Shown here in pieces: positions 15,755 through 23,525 of a stretch of DNA of 35,325 bases. Below the pieces are notes generated by a model. That model was not told where the DNA came from, searched no databases, and saw only the letters and a program-made list of their open reading frames with translations. The stretch lies in IMG/VR virus record IMGVR_UViG_3300043394_000263, positions 1 through 35,325 of that record, one strand, 5' to 3'. The DNA comes from a virus. Lineage: Duplodnaviria > Caudoviricetes. Made by a program: the position numbers and the translations under genes. The stretch's first letter is position 1. Every line of letters starts with the position of its first letter.

Positions 15755-15979
15755 CGCAACGTGGTGCTCAAAGCAATAGATGATGAGCCTGAATATCCCG
15801 GAGACTGCCCGCCGCTGCTGGTCGGGTATATCCGGCAAGCCATCCAGGACAAAGACGAGGACGCCATCCTGCACATGATGAGGCAAACAGTGCGACTCAC
15901 AAAAGAATGTATCACCGAGCGCGTGAATGGTCTGCGCTCTAACAATCATTACACACAACAACCAAACACAAAGCCCTAA
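15686..15979 (+). CDS. Hypothetical protein (attI-proximal cassette gene)
   Basis: AIDDEPEYPGDCP...VRLTKECITER; reads through attI (NNHYTQ) and stops directly before the intI ATG. Confidence 0.75.
   Translation: MKNPDVTEQPAAPTPVACSDWLERNVVLKAIDDEPEYPGDCPPLLVGYIRQAIQDKDEDAILHMMRQTVRLTKECITERVNGLRSNNHYTQQPNTKP
15937..15958 (-). other. attI-like recombination site 1 (TTGTGTGTAATGATTG|TTAGAG)
   Basis: GTTRRR core without a hairpin, between the array and intI; its 18 bp recur identically at 7724-7741. Confidence 0.82.
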
Positions 15980-16948
15980 ATGCCAACGACTGAACAGTGG
16001 AAAAATAAAAGTCCGCTCATTCAAAAAATGCGCGATACAATGCGGACATTGCACATGAGCCGCCGCACAGAGGAAGCTTATGTGCATTGGTGCTGTGATC
16101 TGTTTGCGTGGTCAAAGTGCAGTCGCGTGGAATGTCTGGATGGGAAGCTAGTTGAATCGTTTCTAAGCCATCTGGCTATCAATCGCAAGGTGTCTGCTTC
16201 AACTCAAAACCAAGCATTTAACGCGCTTTTGTTTCTATTCAGGCGCGTCATTGGAAAAGAGTTTGGCGAAGTATCAGCGACGCGGGCAAAGGTATCAAAG
16301 CATATTCCAGAATGGCTGACGGTTGACGAAGTGAAATCTTTACTCGCCACACTTGACGGCGAATGGAAAACACTGACGCGGCTAGGCTTTGGAACTGGAT
16401 TGCGATTGATGGAATTGTTGCGGCTTCGCGTTAAAGACATTCAGTTTTCATCCGGCACAATTTACGTGCGCGATGGAAAAGGCGCGAAGGATAGAATCGT
16501 CATGCTGCCAAAGTCGTGTGTTGATGATCTTAAAAAGCAGATTGAGTTTGTGAAAGCTCAACACGAAAAAGACTTGGCGCAAGGTTATGGAGAAGTCTGG
16601 ATGCCAAATGCCTTGGCTATCAAATATCCAAACGCATCAAAGCAGATTGGTTGGCAATACCTATTCCCGTCCAGAACGCTTTGTGAAGCTGATGGAACAC
16701 TTCGCAGGCATCATTTATTTGCGAACGGATTTCAAACGGCTTTGAGGTTAGCCGCAAAGAAGGCTGGCATTTCAAAGCGAGTGCATCCGCATGTCCTGCG
16801 TCATTCGTTTGCCACAGCTTTTTTGCAGAACGGCGGAAGCCTGCAAACCCTGCAAGGCTTGCTAGGTCACAAAGACGTTAAAACGACTATGATTTACACC
16901 CATTGCTTGCAAGCCAGAGACGCGAAGTCGCCAGCGGACTTAATGTAA
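15980..16948 (+). CDS. intI: Integron integrase (tyrosine recombinase, IntI family)
   Basis: HMSRRTEEAYVHW, VSASTQNQAFNALLFL, GLRLMELLRLRVKDI, RDGKGAKDR, IntI-specific insertion HEKDLAQGYGEVWMPNALAIKYPNA, WQYLFPS, HVLRHSFAT, LLGHKDVKTTMIYTH. Confidence 0.95.
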   Translation: MPTTEQWKNKSPLIQKMRDTMRTLHMSRRTEEAYVHWCCDLFAWSKCSRVECLDGKLVESFLSHLAINRKVSASTQNQAFNALLFLFRRVIGKEFGEVSATRAKVSKHIPEWLTVDEVKSLLATLDGEWKTLTRLGFGTGLRLMELLRLRVKDIQFSSGTIYVRDGKGAKDRIVMLPKSCVDDLKKQIEFVKAQHEKDLAQGYGEVWMPNALAIKYPNASKQIGWQYLFPSRTLCEADGTLRRHHLFANGFQTALRLAAKKAGISKRVHPHVLRHSFATAFLQNGGSLQTLQGLLGHKDVKTTMIYTHCLQARDAKSPADLM

Positions 16949-17131
16949 TCCAAGCCGCTCGCGGGCTAACTGCTTCCGCGCTTCTGGCGTGGCTTCGTCA
17001 ACCAAAGCGAGCAATTCCGCAACGTCTTCGGGAGTTGGTTTCCAGCCCTCAGGCTTGCCGGAATTGATTCTCCAAACTTCAAACGCTCCGGTGATAAGGG
17101 ATGCAATGGCTGCTGTCAGTGTTGCGCTCAT
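16940..17131 (-). CDS. Hypothetical protein (lysis-region)
   Basis: 63 aa with hydrophobic N-terminus; converges on the intI stop. Confidence 0.6.
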   Translation of the reverse strand: MSATLTAAIASLITGAFEVWRINSGKPEGWKPTPEDVAELLALVDEATPEARKQLARERLGLH

Positions 17132-17463
17132 AGGCTTCGGATGAGAATGATAAGGTCGTCTTTCAATCGCGTCACTTCGTCGGGTGAAGTGGCTTGCCAG
17201 TTGTTTTGAGATGTTCGCAGGGCGAATTTAAATGTTTCGCGGAAACGATTCCAAGCGCGGTCAATGTCGCGTTGATCTTCTGCGCTGACCTTGCCCTGAA
17301 CTGCTAGTTCAGAATAACCGTCGTATGCTGCCAACGCGATTGCCCAAGTTGATGCGAACGAGTTGAACACAACGGCCTCTTGAGTCTGTGGCTTGGTCGT
17401 CTGGCATCCGCCAGTGAACCACAACAGAGAGACTGCGAGGATGATGTTAGCTATTGCTTTCAT
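17128..17463 (-). CDS. Predicted lipoprotein (possible spanin-like component)
   Basis: Signal peptide followed by lipobox-like FTGGC. Confidence 0.65.
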   Translation of the reverse strand: MKAIANIILAVSLLWFTGGCQTTKPQTQEAVVFNSFASTWAIALAAYDGYSELAVQGKVSAEDQRDIDRAWNRFRETFKFALRTSQNNWQATSPDEVTRLKDDLIILIRSL

Positions 17464-17663
17464 TGCTTGTCAGCGTTCGCCTGTTCGCTCGTGACGTTGT
17501 TATCGCGGGCAAAAATGCCAACGAGTGAAGTGAGGATGACTGGCAACAAAAGATTCCAGTCTGGATTTGTAGCGGGGTCGCTGTCAAAAAGTTGGTTCAA
17601 TGCCGAACCGATAGCCGTGAGCAATCCGCCAACACCTGCCGCCGTTGTTTTCCATGATTTCAT
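17460..17663 (-). CDS. Holin-like two-TM protein
   Basis: MKSWKTT, two hydrophobic helices, GIFARD motif. Confidence 0.7.
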   Translation of the reverse strand: MKSWKTTAAGVGGLLTAIGSALNQLFDSDPATNPDWNLLLPVILTSLVGIFARDNNVTSEQANADKQ

Positions 17664-17736
17664 TTTGTTCTCTTTCGTTTAGTCATCCTTCGCACCACGC
17701 GCCGGACAAAAATTCTCACACGTTGCGCAAGCGTTT

Positions 17737-17910
17737 TCACGCTTTCATTTTGAGCAACGCAAGTCCGATTCCGATTGCCACTTGCAACACCGCCAGCCCG
17801 CCAATCATCATCGAAAGCTTCGACTCAAGAGAGTTTAGCCGCTGTTCAATAAGTTCCATACGCTCAACCTTTGCTTCTAACGTGGCTAATCGTTCCCCTA
17901 GTTCGCTCAT
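17737..17910 (-). CDS. Small coiled-coil protein with C-terminal TM, 57 aa (XhlA/holin-accessory-like)
   Basis: Translated by hand: MSELGERLATLEAKVE...MMIGGLAVLQVAIGIGLALLKMKA. Confidence 0.65.
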   Translation of the reverse strand: MSELGERLATLEAKVERMELIEQRLNSLESKLSMMIGGLAVLQVAIGIGLALLKMKA

Positions 17911-17916
17911 AAGTTT

Positions 17917-18303
17917 TCAATTGATTCTATTGGTTATCCAATCACTCCCCAGCCCGTTAAAATAAAAAACATGACGGATTCTGTATGTGGCCGATCTCGT
18001 GTCGCGCGGTAGCCATACGGAGTTTGCCGTTGTGTTTGTGCGGTGAACCCAAACTATAGAACCCGCGCGCGACTGGACTTCTGTATAAACCGGAAAGCGA
18101 TTCGTTCCCATGTCCCAAGTTAGCCTGTCGCCGTTTGATGGTTTAAGCCACGCAAGCGTTCCGCGTTGTCCGTGTGCGCAGATTGCCGACGCGAGCAGCA
18201 GCAGAACTACAACCGCGCAAACAAATTCCGCGCAGATAGCCCGAGCCAGCCATCGTTCGGGCTGGTTCTCTACGGGCGGTGGAATGTTTGGGGGTTGGGT
18301 CAT
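17917..18303 (-). CDS. Hypothetical membrane-anchored or secreted protein
   Basis: Hydrophobic segment VVVLLLLASAICA followed by a beta-rich domain. Confidence 0.6.
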   Translation of the reverse strand: MTQPPNIPPPVENQPERWLARAICAEFVCAVVVLLLLASAICAHGQRGTLAWLKPSNGDRLTWDMGTNRFPVYTEVQSRAGSIVWVHRTNTTANSVWLPRDTRSATYRIRHVFYFNGLGSDWITNRIN

Positions 18304-20609
18304 TAGTAAGCCTCAACCTTTGCCCCCATCCACCAAATTGAGTTCGTCAGTGTGCCACCATGCCCAAGCTCGCACGTAACATAATCACCGGGCAATGCTG
18401 GCGCAGACCATGAATACGACAGTGTTCTCGTGTAAATGTTGGTCACATTGCCGCCTGTGTATTGCTCAATCGACGCTCCGCTGCCAATCTTCTCTCGTTT
18501 CGTGTGGTCGCCAAAACGTAGCTTGTGGAATTGTGCTGATGTAGCAATCGGCTGAGAGTTCGTGACAAGCCATCGCTGCGTCACTTGGATTGTTTTTTTG
18601 CCCTCTACCAAGTTTGGCGGCAGCAGCAAAATGACGTTACGGGGTGCGGATGACGCCATATACCAGACGTATTGGTTAAGGTTCAAACCGCCGTAGAATA
18701 TCTCTGTGGATAAAACCGGGACAGTAGTTTGAATCGTGCCTGCGTTGTAAAGTCGTGTATCGAACGGCGTAAAGTATTGGGTGTTCGTCTGCGTCGTAGT
18801 CGCTGCCTTAACTGCGCCAACGCTGAACTTAGAACCATCAGAATTGAACCAATCAGCGAACGCCGCCGATGCCCTGTTGACTCCCGCTTTTCCTAGATGT
18901 GCGCCATCTTCGTAATAAGAGCTTCCATTGACCGGAAACGCTCCCATCCAAAAATTAGTCGGCATGAACAACGGATACTTGTCGAACACAGAGATGTTCT
19001 CATTGGTTCGTGCATACCTGATAATAGTCTCATTGGCTCTAGGTATGTTTGCGTCTGAATCATTTGGCGATGCCGTTATGTAAATGATGTCCCGATTCGT
19101 GATATTGCCACGCACCCATTCGAGCGCGGTGTAATACGACTCTGGCTCATCCTTTGCCTCAAAGATCACTAAGTGCGGGTTGTAGTTCGTGTAGAAATTC
19201 CAGAACGCCGCCGACTGAACTATGTTCGTGATTGTCTCGCCCGGAGTCGCCTGTTTTGCCCAAATCTGGGAACGCCGGGATGTGGTGTCTGTCAGACCTA
19301 CGTTGAGCAGTTGGTTGTTACCCGTTGATGTGATTCGGAACTTGTAATAATCACGGGATGCTAGTGTAAAGTTGGTTGCAATGTGGCCGCTGCCGAGTGC
19401 TCCGTTGATAGTCGCCAGTGTGCCGTAAGAGCCTCCGACAGATTGAGTCTCGACCAACATCGAACCGTTCGTCGCATGTGCGTAGTAGTAGATGGCCAAG
19501 TGGTTCGCCAAAATGTCGTCTCCGGTGTTCGGGCCATAAATCTGACCGTTGGATAATCTGAAATGCTCCATCGGCGAATAGATGCCAGACGAGCCACTCA
19601 AGCCGGACTGTCCAAACTTTATCGCGTTTTCGCCGCCAATGCCATCTGAGGAATTAAAAAATGAGCCGTATCCAGCGCGAGGAATCCAGCCGTCTAATGC
19701 AACCCTTAATCCAGCCGTTGATTCCTCATTGGCTGTGAGGCTGTCTCCTATTAACAGCACCCGAATAGGAAGATTTGAACCAATCGCACCGAACGTGAAG
19801 GGGAACTCGTTGGCTTTAATGCTGCGTCCGTATGCTGAAGAAGTATTGACTAAGTTGGTTGTTAGTGAGCCGTTAATCGCATGACTCCCCGCCGCGAGTC
19901 CGGCAGCAAAACCGTTGGTGGCGTTTGAGACTTCCGAGGCTCGCGCAATCGTGGAAGCAATGTGAGCATCCGCTACTATGCCGGATGAATTTATGACCTG
20001 TTCAAGTCCATAATTCAGGCCATCTGAGGAAAACGAAAAATTGCCGGGAACAATAAATAAATCCATGTTGTTAAAATTAACGTCACGCGTCTCATTGTTC
20101 GTCAATGCGCCGGATGTGCCACTGCCAGAGCTTGTGATTGTAAGTGTTTCATCTTGCCCCGCGTTATTGGTTGCAATCGTGACGCCGCTGCCAGCGACCA
20201 GCTTTGAAGAAAGAAATCCTGCGTTTGTGTCTGAGCTGGTTGCTTTCACGCGATAGACTGGCGCATTTGCAATCCCCGTGACGCTTGAAACATTTGTAGA
20301 TACCGCAGCTAAAGAATACGTCCCTGTGTCGTTTGGAACGTGAATGTAAAATGAATTTGTCGTTGGCGGAAATTTTACGAGATACTTGCCAGCAACTAAC
20401 AACTGAGAAAAGTTTCCGCCGACCACCGGGACAACTTTAGCCGGACCGACTATGTTTGTATTTCCGATGTTGAACGGAGTTGATAGCGGCCAAAACTCAA
20501 TCCTAGGATTGAACGCACCACCCGTCAGGTCTCCTACTGGGCCTGTAATTGTGGCTGCATTGATAACAATTGATGCAAAAACCGAAAACGCTATTAGAAG
20601 TTTTTTCAC
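18303..20609 (-). CDS. Large tail-fibre/spike-like protein with SGNH/GDSL hydrolase domain and N-terminal signal peptide
   Basis: MKKLLIAFSVFASIVINA signal, LLIGDSL and EDGAHL catalytic motifs; located after the tail genes. Confidence 0.65.
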   Translation of the reverse strand: MKKLLIAFSVFASIVINAATITGPVGDLTGGAFNPRIEFWPLSTPFNIGNTNIVGPAKVVPVVGGNFSQLLVAGKYLVKFPPTTNSFYIHVPNDTGTYSLAAVSTNVSSVTGIANAPVYRVKATSSDTNAGFLSSKLVAGSGVTIATNNAGQDETLTITSSGSGTSGALTNNETRDVNFNNMDLFIVPGNFSFSSDGLNYGLEQVINSSGIVADAHIASTIARASEVSNATNGFAAGLAAGSHAINGSLTTNLVNTSSAYGRSIKANEFPFTFGAIGSNLPIRVLLIGDSLTANEESTAGLRVALDGWIPRAGYGSFFNSSDGIGGENAIKFGQSGLSGSSGIYSPMEHFRLSNGQIYGPNTGDDILANHLAIYYYAHATNGSMLVETQSVGGSYGTLATINGALGSGHIATNFTLASRDYYKFRITSTGNNQLLNVGLTDTTSRRSQIWAKQATPGETITNIVQSAAFWNFYTNYNPHLVIFEAKDEPESYYTALEWVRGNITNRDIIYITASPNDSDANIPRANETIIRYARTNENISVFDKYPLFMPTNFWMGAFPVNGSSYYEDGAHLGKAGVNRASAAFADWFNSDGSKFSVGAVKAATTTQTNTQYFTPFDTRLYNAGTIQTTVPVLSTEIFYGGLNLNQYVWYMASSAPRNVILLLPPNLVEGKKTIQVTQRWLVTNSQPIATSAQFHKLRFGDHTKREKIGSGASIEQYTGGNVTNIYTRTLSYSWSAPALPGDYVTCELGHGGTLTNSIWWMGAKVEAY

Positions 20610-20634
20610 TCACTTTTAAGGGTTCGTCAACGCT

Positions 20635-21393
20635 TTACGCTAGCGTATAAATCAGGTCGGGCCAATATCCAAACTCATACTCTTGTGTTATTTGCCATTG
20701 CCCCCCAGCTAATTGCTGAACGGATGCGGGGCGTTTATACCATCCTGCGCTCAATGATATGTCTGTTCTGTTTGGCGATTGAGTCGGCAGATTAAAAAGA
20801 ACCGCAGCCGGACATCCCTCAAGTGAATACATTTTTGAAGTGCTGATAATTTTTCCGACATTCAAATCCGACCATTTCACGGAATAGGTGCTGGCCGTGA
20901 TATAGCTATGCTTAACGACTGGCTGCCACACTCGCGCGTTTTTTACTCCGTAATACAGAAGTTTAAAGAGCTTGTATTTGTTTGATGAATCTGCCCAAAC
21001 CCACGGATTTGTTCCTGTTGAATTTGGGCTATCAATCTCGCGCTTAATAATATCAAGGTCTTCTGAAGATATGCTCGAAATAGCTGTTGTGTCTGATTCA
21101 AGAATGTCTTTTTCTGACACAACTCCGACTCGCTCCCAAATGTCTTGCAGCGGCGTATTCGCAGGGTCTCCACTTGAAGGGTCTTGCTCTGCCCTAGCTT
21201 CCACCGTGATATATTGCCCATTGGTCACTTCATACGAATAGCCAGCCGCAGCCAATTGAGATACCAACGTTACAACGGACGACGGATTTGTGATCTTCCA
21301 AGAACGCTTTGAAAAGCTCCCCTTGCCTTGAGTAAAGCCATAAGACGAAGGTTGCTCAATTGCTCCAACTGTTCCAAGTGTTGTGTTAGCCAT
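20635..21393 (-). CDS. Putative distal tail / baseplate protein
   Basis: Position directly after the tape measure gene; beta-rich sequence. Confidence 0.5.
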   Translation of the reverse strand: MANTTLGTVGAIEQPSSYGFTQGKGSFSKRSWKITNPSSVVTLVSQLAAAGYSYEVTNGQYITVEARAEQDPSSGDPANTPLQDIWERVGVVSEKDILESDTTAISSISSEDLDIIKREIDSPNSTGTNPWVWADSSNKYKLFKLLYYGVKNARVWQPVVKHSYITASTYSVKWSDLNVGKIISTSKMYSLEGCPAAVLFNLPTQSPNRTDISLSAGWYKRPASVQQLAGGQWQITQEYEFGYWPDLIYTLA

Positions 21394-21394
21394 A

Positions 21395-22453
21395 TTAGGT
21401 CATTGGAACTCCGCCGTTTCCTGCGGACATTCCTTTTAACAGCTCAACCATTTTTAGCTGCGCGTTTAATTGCTTTGTGCCGATGGTTTCAAGCGACGAT
21501 GCCCGGCCTGAGCCGAGGAAGTTGCCGACCGATAAAAGAGAGTCGGAGTAGATTGAGGACTTGGATTTACCAGATGCGGATTTCGGCTCTAGCTCAACTG
21601 ACTGAGCTGCGAAGCCCGGAGATGATTGTTCGCCAGCCTTTCTTGAGGCGCGTCTAGCCCTCGAAACTTCCTCAATCGTTTTGTCTCTTTTAACTTGAGC
21701 CAACAATTCCTCATCTCGCGCAGTTTCGGCATCGGCCAACGATCCGCCTCCTATCAGTGTTCCGTAAAAAGCTGACACGGCTTTTGTCATGTCAACTATT
21801 CCTTGAAAGAAGTCAATCGCGTATTTTATTGCTGGCGCAAACGCTGATTTGATTTCATTGGCTAGGCTTGTAAATTTGTCCCCTATTTCGTCAAGCTCAT
21901 AGACAAGCTCTTCGTTGATTATCTTGATTTCAGTGTCAATCCCTTCCGCAAACCCATTTACAAGATTCTTTGCAGCTTTGCCGCCTATTTCGGCTAGCGC
22001 GTTTATTTTCTGGGGAGTTATTCCGCCTGAAAACGCATCAATCAACTTCTCAATAAATTGCTGCGGATTAAGCTGCGCAACATCGCTGCTTGAAAATCCC
22101 AAAGACCTAAATGCTGCGGCCTCTGCCCCTCCGGGCTTATTTAATGCCGCTTGTCTCGATTTGTTGGATTCAAAAATAAATTTCTCAACATCGGATAGCG
22201 AGCCTCCCGACTTTGCTGCGCTCGCAACAAACCTTTGAAGGAACTCAACATTGATAGCCAGTGCGCTTGAAACGTCATTCAGCTTTCCAGCCAAATCCAA
22301 GACCGACTTAGAAAACGCCGTAATCGCACCAACTGAAAACGCTCCCGCTAAATACTTGCCAAGGTTTTGAACAGACTGCTCGGCTTTTTTCATCGTAGAA
22401 AAAAAACCAGCCCCGTCCATCCCAAGCTTGCCCATCACCTTAAACTCGCTCAT
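21395..22453 (-). CDS. Tail tape measure protein (short)
   Basis: KLGMDGAGF start, LAGAFSVGAITAF, Ala/Gly-rich helical sequence, position after the chaperone. Confidence 0.75.
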   Translation of the reverse strand: MSEFKVMGKLGMDGAGFFSTMKKAEQSVQNLGKYLAGAFSVGAITAFSKSVLDLAGKLNDVSSALAINVEFLQRFVASAAKSGGSLSDVEKFIFESNKSRQAALNKPGGAEAAAFRSLGFSSSDVAQLNPQQFIEKLIDAFSGGITPQKINALAEIGGKAAKNLVNGFAEGIDTEIKIINEELVYELDEIGDKFTSLANEIKSAFAPAIKYAIDFFQGIVDMTKAVSAFYGTLIGGGSLADAETARDEELLAQVKRDKTIEEVSRARRASRKAGEQSSPGFAAQSVELEPKSASGKSKSSIYSDSLLSVGNFLGSGRASSLETIGTKQLNAQLKMVELLKGMSAGNGGVPMT

Positions 22454-23070
22454 ACAATGGCCTCCTGCGGCAAAATTGTGACTGCTCCGTCAGATTCGCA
22501 CTGTTTGATGTAGTCTGCCAGTGCGCGTGACATGGGAGCGTTTAACGCCTCTTCTTGTGTGTAGCCACATCTTGAAGTTAAACACTGGATAACGGTTTGC
22601 GTCCAATGCGCGCCACTGCCTTTGGGGTTGTCGTTTGGATGCTCAACGTATGCTGGAGCAACGGAATGTTTTTCGATGTAATCGGAAAACAGCTTTACCT
22701 TGCTTGCAAACTCAATGCCTTTATTTTGCTTGCCCCAAACAAAAACATCGTATTCCGCAGGCGTTGCGACCTGACGACGCAAGATACGTTGCTTGATTGC
22801 GTAGAGACTATAACGGATGCCACCATCCTTGCGTTGCAACCAATTCCAGAAATCGTCTTTTGAAAAGTCGGTTGCGGTTGGCATTGAACAAACGATGATC
22901 CCTAAAAGCAAGTCGCCCAAAGTTGCCGTTTCTTCTTTTTCAGAAACAAACGCGCACTTTAGGCGACTCAGTTTAATGTAATGGCCTAGTGAGAATGGGC
23001 GCAAATTTACGCCCAAAATCTGCCACGGCTCTGGGTAAGCAGCGGCAATGAAATCACTATTTGCAGCCAT
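22450..23070 (-). CDS. Putative tail assembly chaperone
   Basis: Between tail tube and tape measure genes; ILGVNLRPFSLGH. Confidence 0.55.
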   Translation of the reverse strand: MAANSDFIAAAYPEPWQILGVNLRPFSLGHYIKLSRLKCAFVSEKEETATLGDLLLGIIVCSMPTATDFSKDDFWNWLQRKDGGIRYSLYAIKQRILRRQVATPAEYDVFVWGKQNKGIEFASKVKLFSDYIEKHSVAPAYVEHPNDNPKGSGAHWTQTVIQCLTSRCGYTQEEALNAPMSRALADYIKQCESDGAVTILPQEAIV

Positions 23071-23080
23071 TGCATTTTAA

Positions 23081-23491
23081 TTACGGGACGGTGTTGTTAA
23101 GGTATCGCGAAAGGCTGATCGTAGCCATTGCCGCCTTTGTGTTTCCGCGCGAGATTGTCACGTCATCAACCATGAATGTGGCCGAGATAACCGAGAAAGA
23201 TGCGTCGGTCAATGCCACGGTTGCGCCGATTGCGGGCAAAGATGAAATCGTAAAATTTCCGGTGTTTGTCGAGCTTGTCGGAATGAAATCAATCTTCACG
23301 TTTTGCTCGTGGTCTGAAAAAACAACCGCAGAAGTGTTGTTCACCCCATCTTTAATCTGATCTTTTTGAGCCTTGACGTTAAGGTCAAGAGATTGGATTT
23401 GAGACAAGACGCCAAGGCCTGTTAGCGTGGTTGCTGTCGGCGTGCTTGGGAAGCCCCAAAGAATCCCGACGCCTGTAAAAGTGTTTGGCAT
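23081..23491 (-). CDS. Putative major tail tube protein
   Basis: 136 aa, Thr/Ser-rich beta protein at the expected syntenic position. Confidence 0.6.
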   Translation of the reverse strand: MPNTFTGVGILWGFPSTPTATTLTGLGVLSQIQSLDLNVKAQKDQIKDGVNNTSAVVFSDHEQNVKIDFIPTSSTNTGNFTISSLPAIGATVALTDASFSVISATFMVDDVTISRGNTKAAMATISLSRYLNNTVP

Positions 23492-23525
23492 AAATTCGTT
23501 TTAACCTTTCAACTTTGATTGATTG

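Larger units (their letters stand above)
12814..16948. mobile_element. Complete integron: six cassettes (12820-13223, 13224-13655, 13656-14478, 14479-14942, 14943-15652, 15653-15942), attI-like site and intI
   Basis: Six attC sites whose top strand is the - strand, complementary cassette ends, attI-like site, and IntI transcribed away from the array. Confidence 0.92.

Noticed and set aside
12757-16087. Minus-strand ORFs in array 1 (e.g. 12757-13194, 13041-13688, 14155-14535, 14861-15244) as the true, canonically oriented cassette genes
   Set aside because: They cross attC boundaries arbitrarily and have no motifs, while the + strand ORFs contain clear MTase and GNAT motifs and fit the cassette limits
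15980-16948. Ordinary prophage integrase or XerC/D
   Set aside because: It carries the IntI-specific insertion and N-terminal motifs and sits beside attI-like and attC sites
17724-17734. TTGCGCAAGCG as a second copy of the cassette operator
   Set aside because: Only a half-site match with no second arm; could be chance
18303-21393. Diversity-generating retroelement or shufflon acting on tail genes
   Set aside because: No reverse transcriptase, no template/variable repeat pair and no repeated crossover sites seen in the tail region
22450-23070. Programmed frameshift in the tail assembly chaperone
   Set aside because: A single ORF already spans tail tube to tape measure, and no second overlapping frame with a clear slippery site was identified
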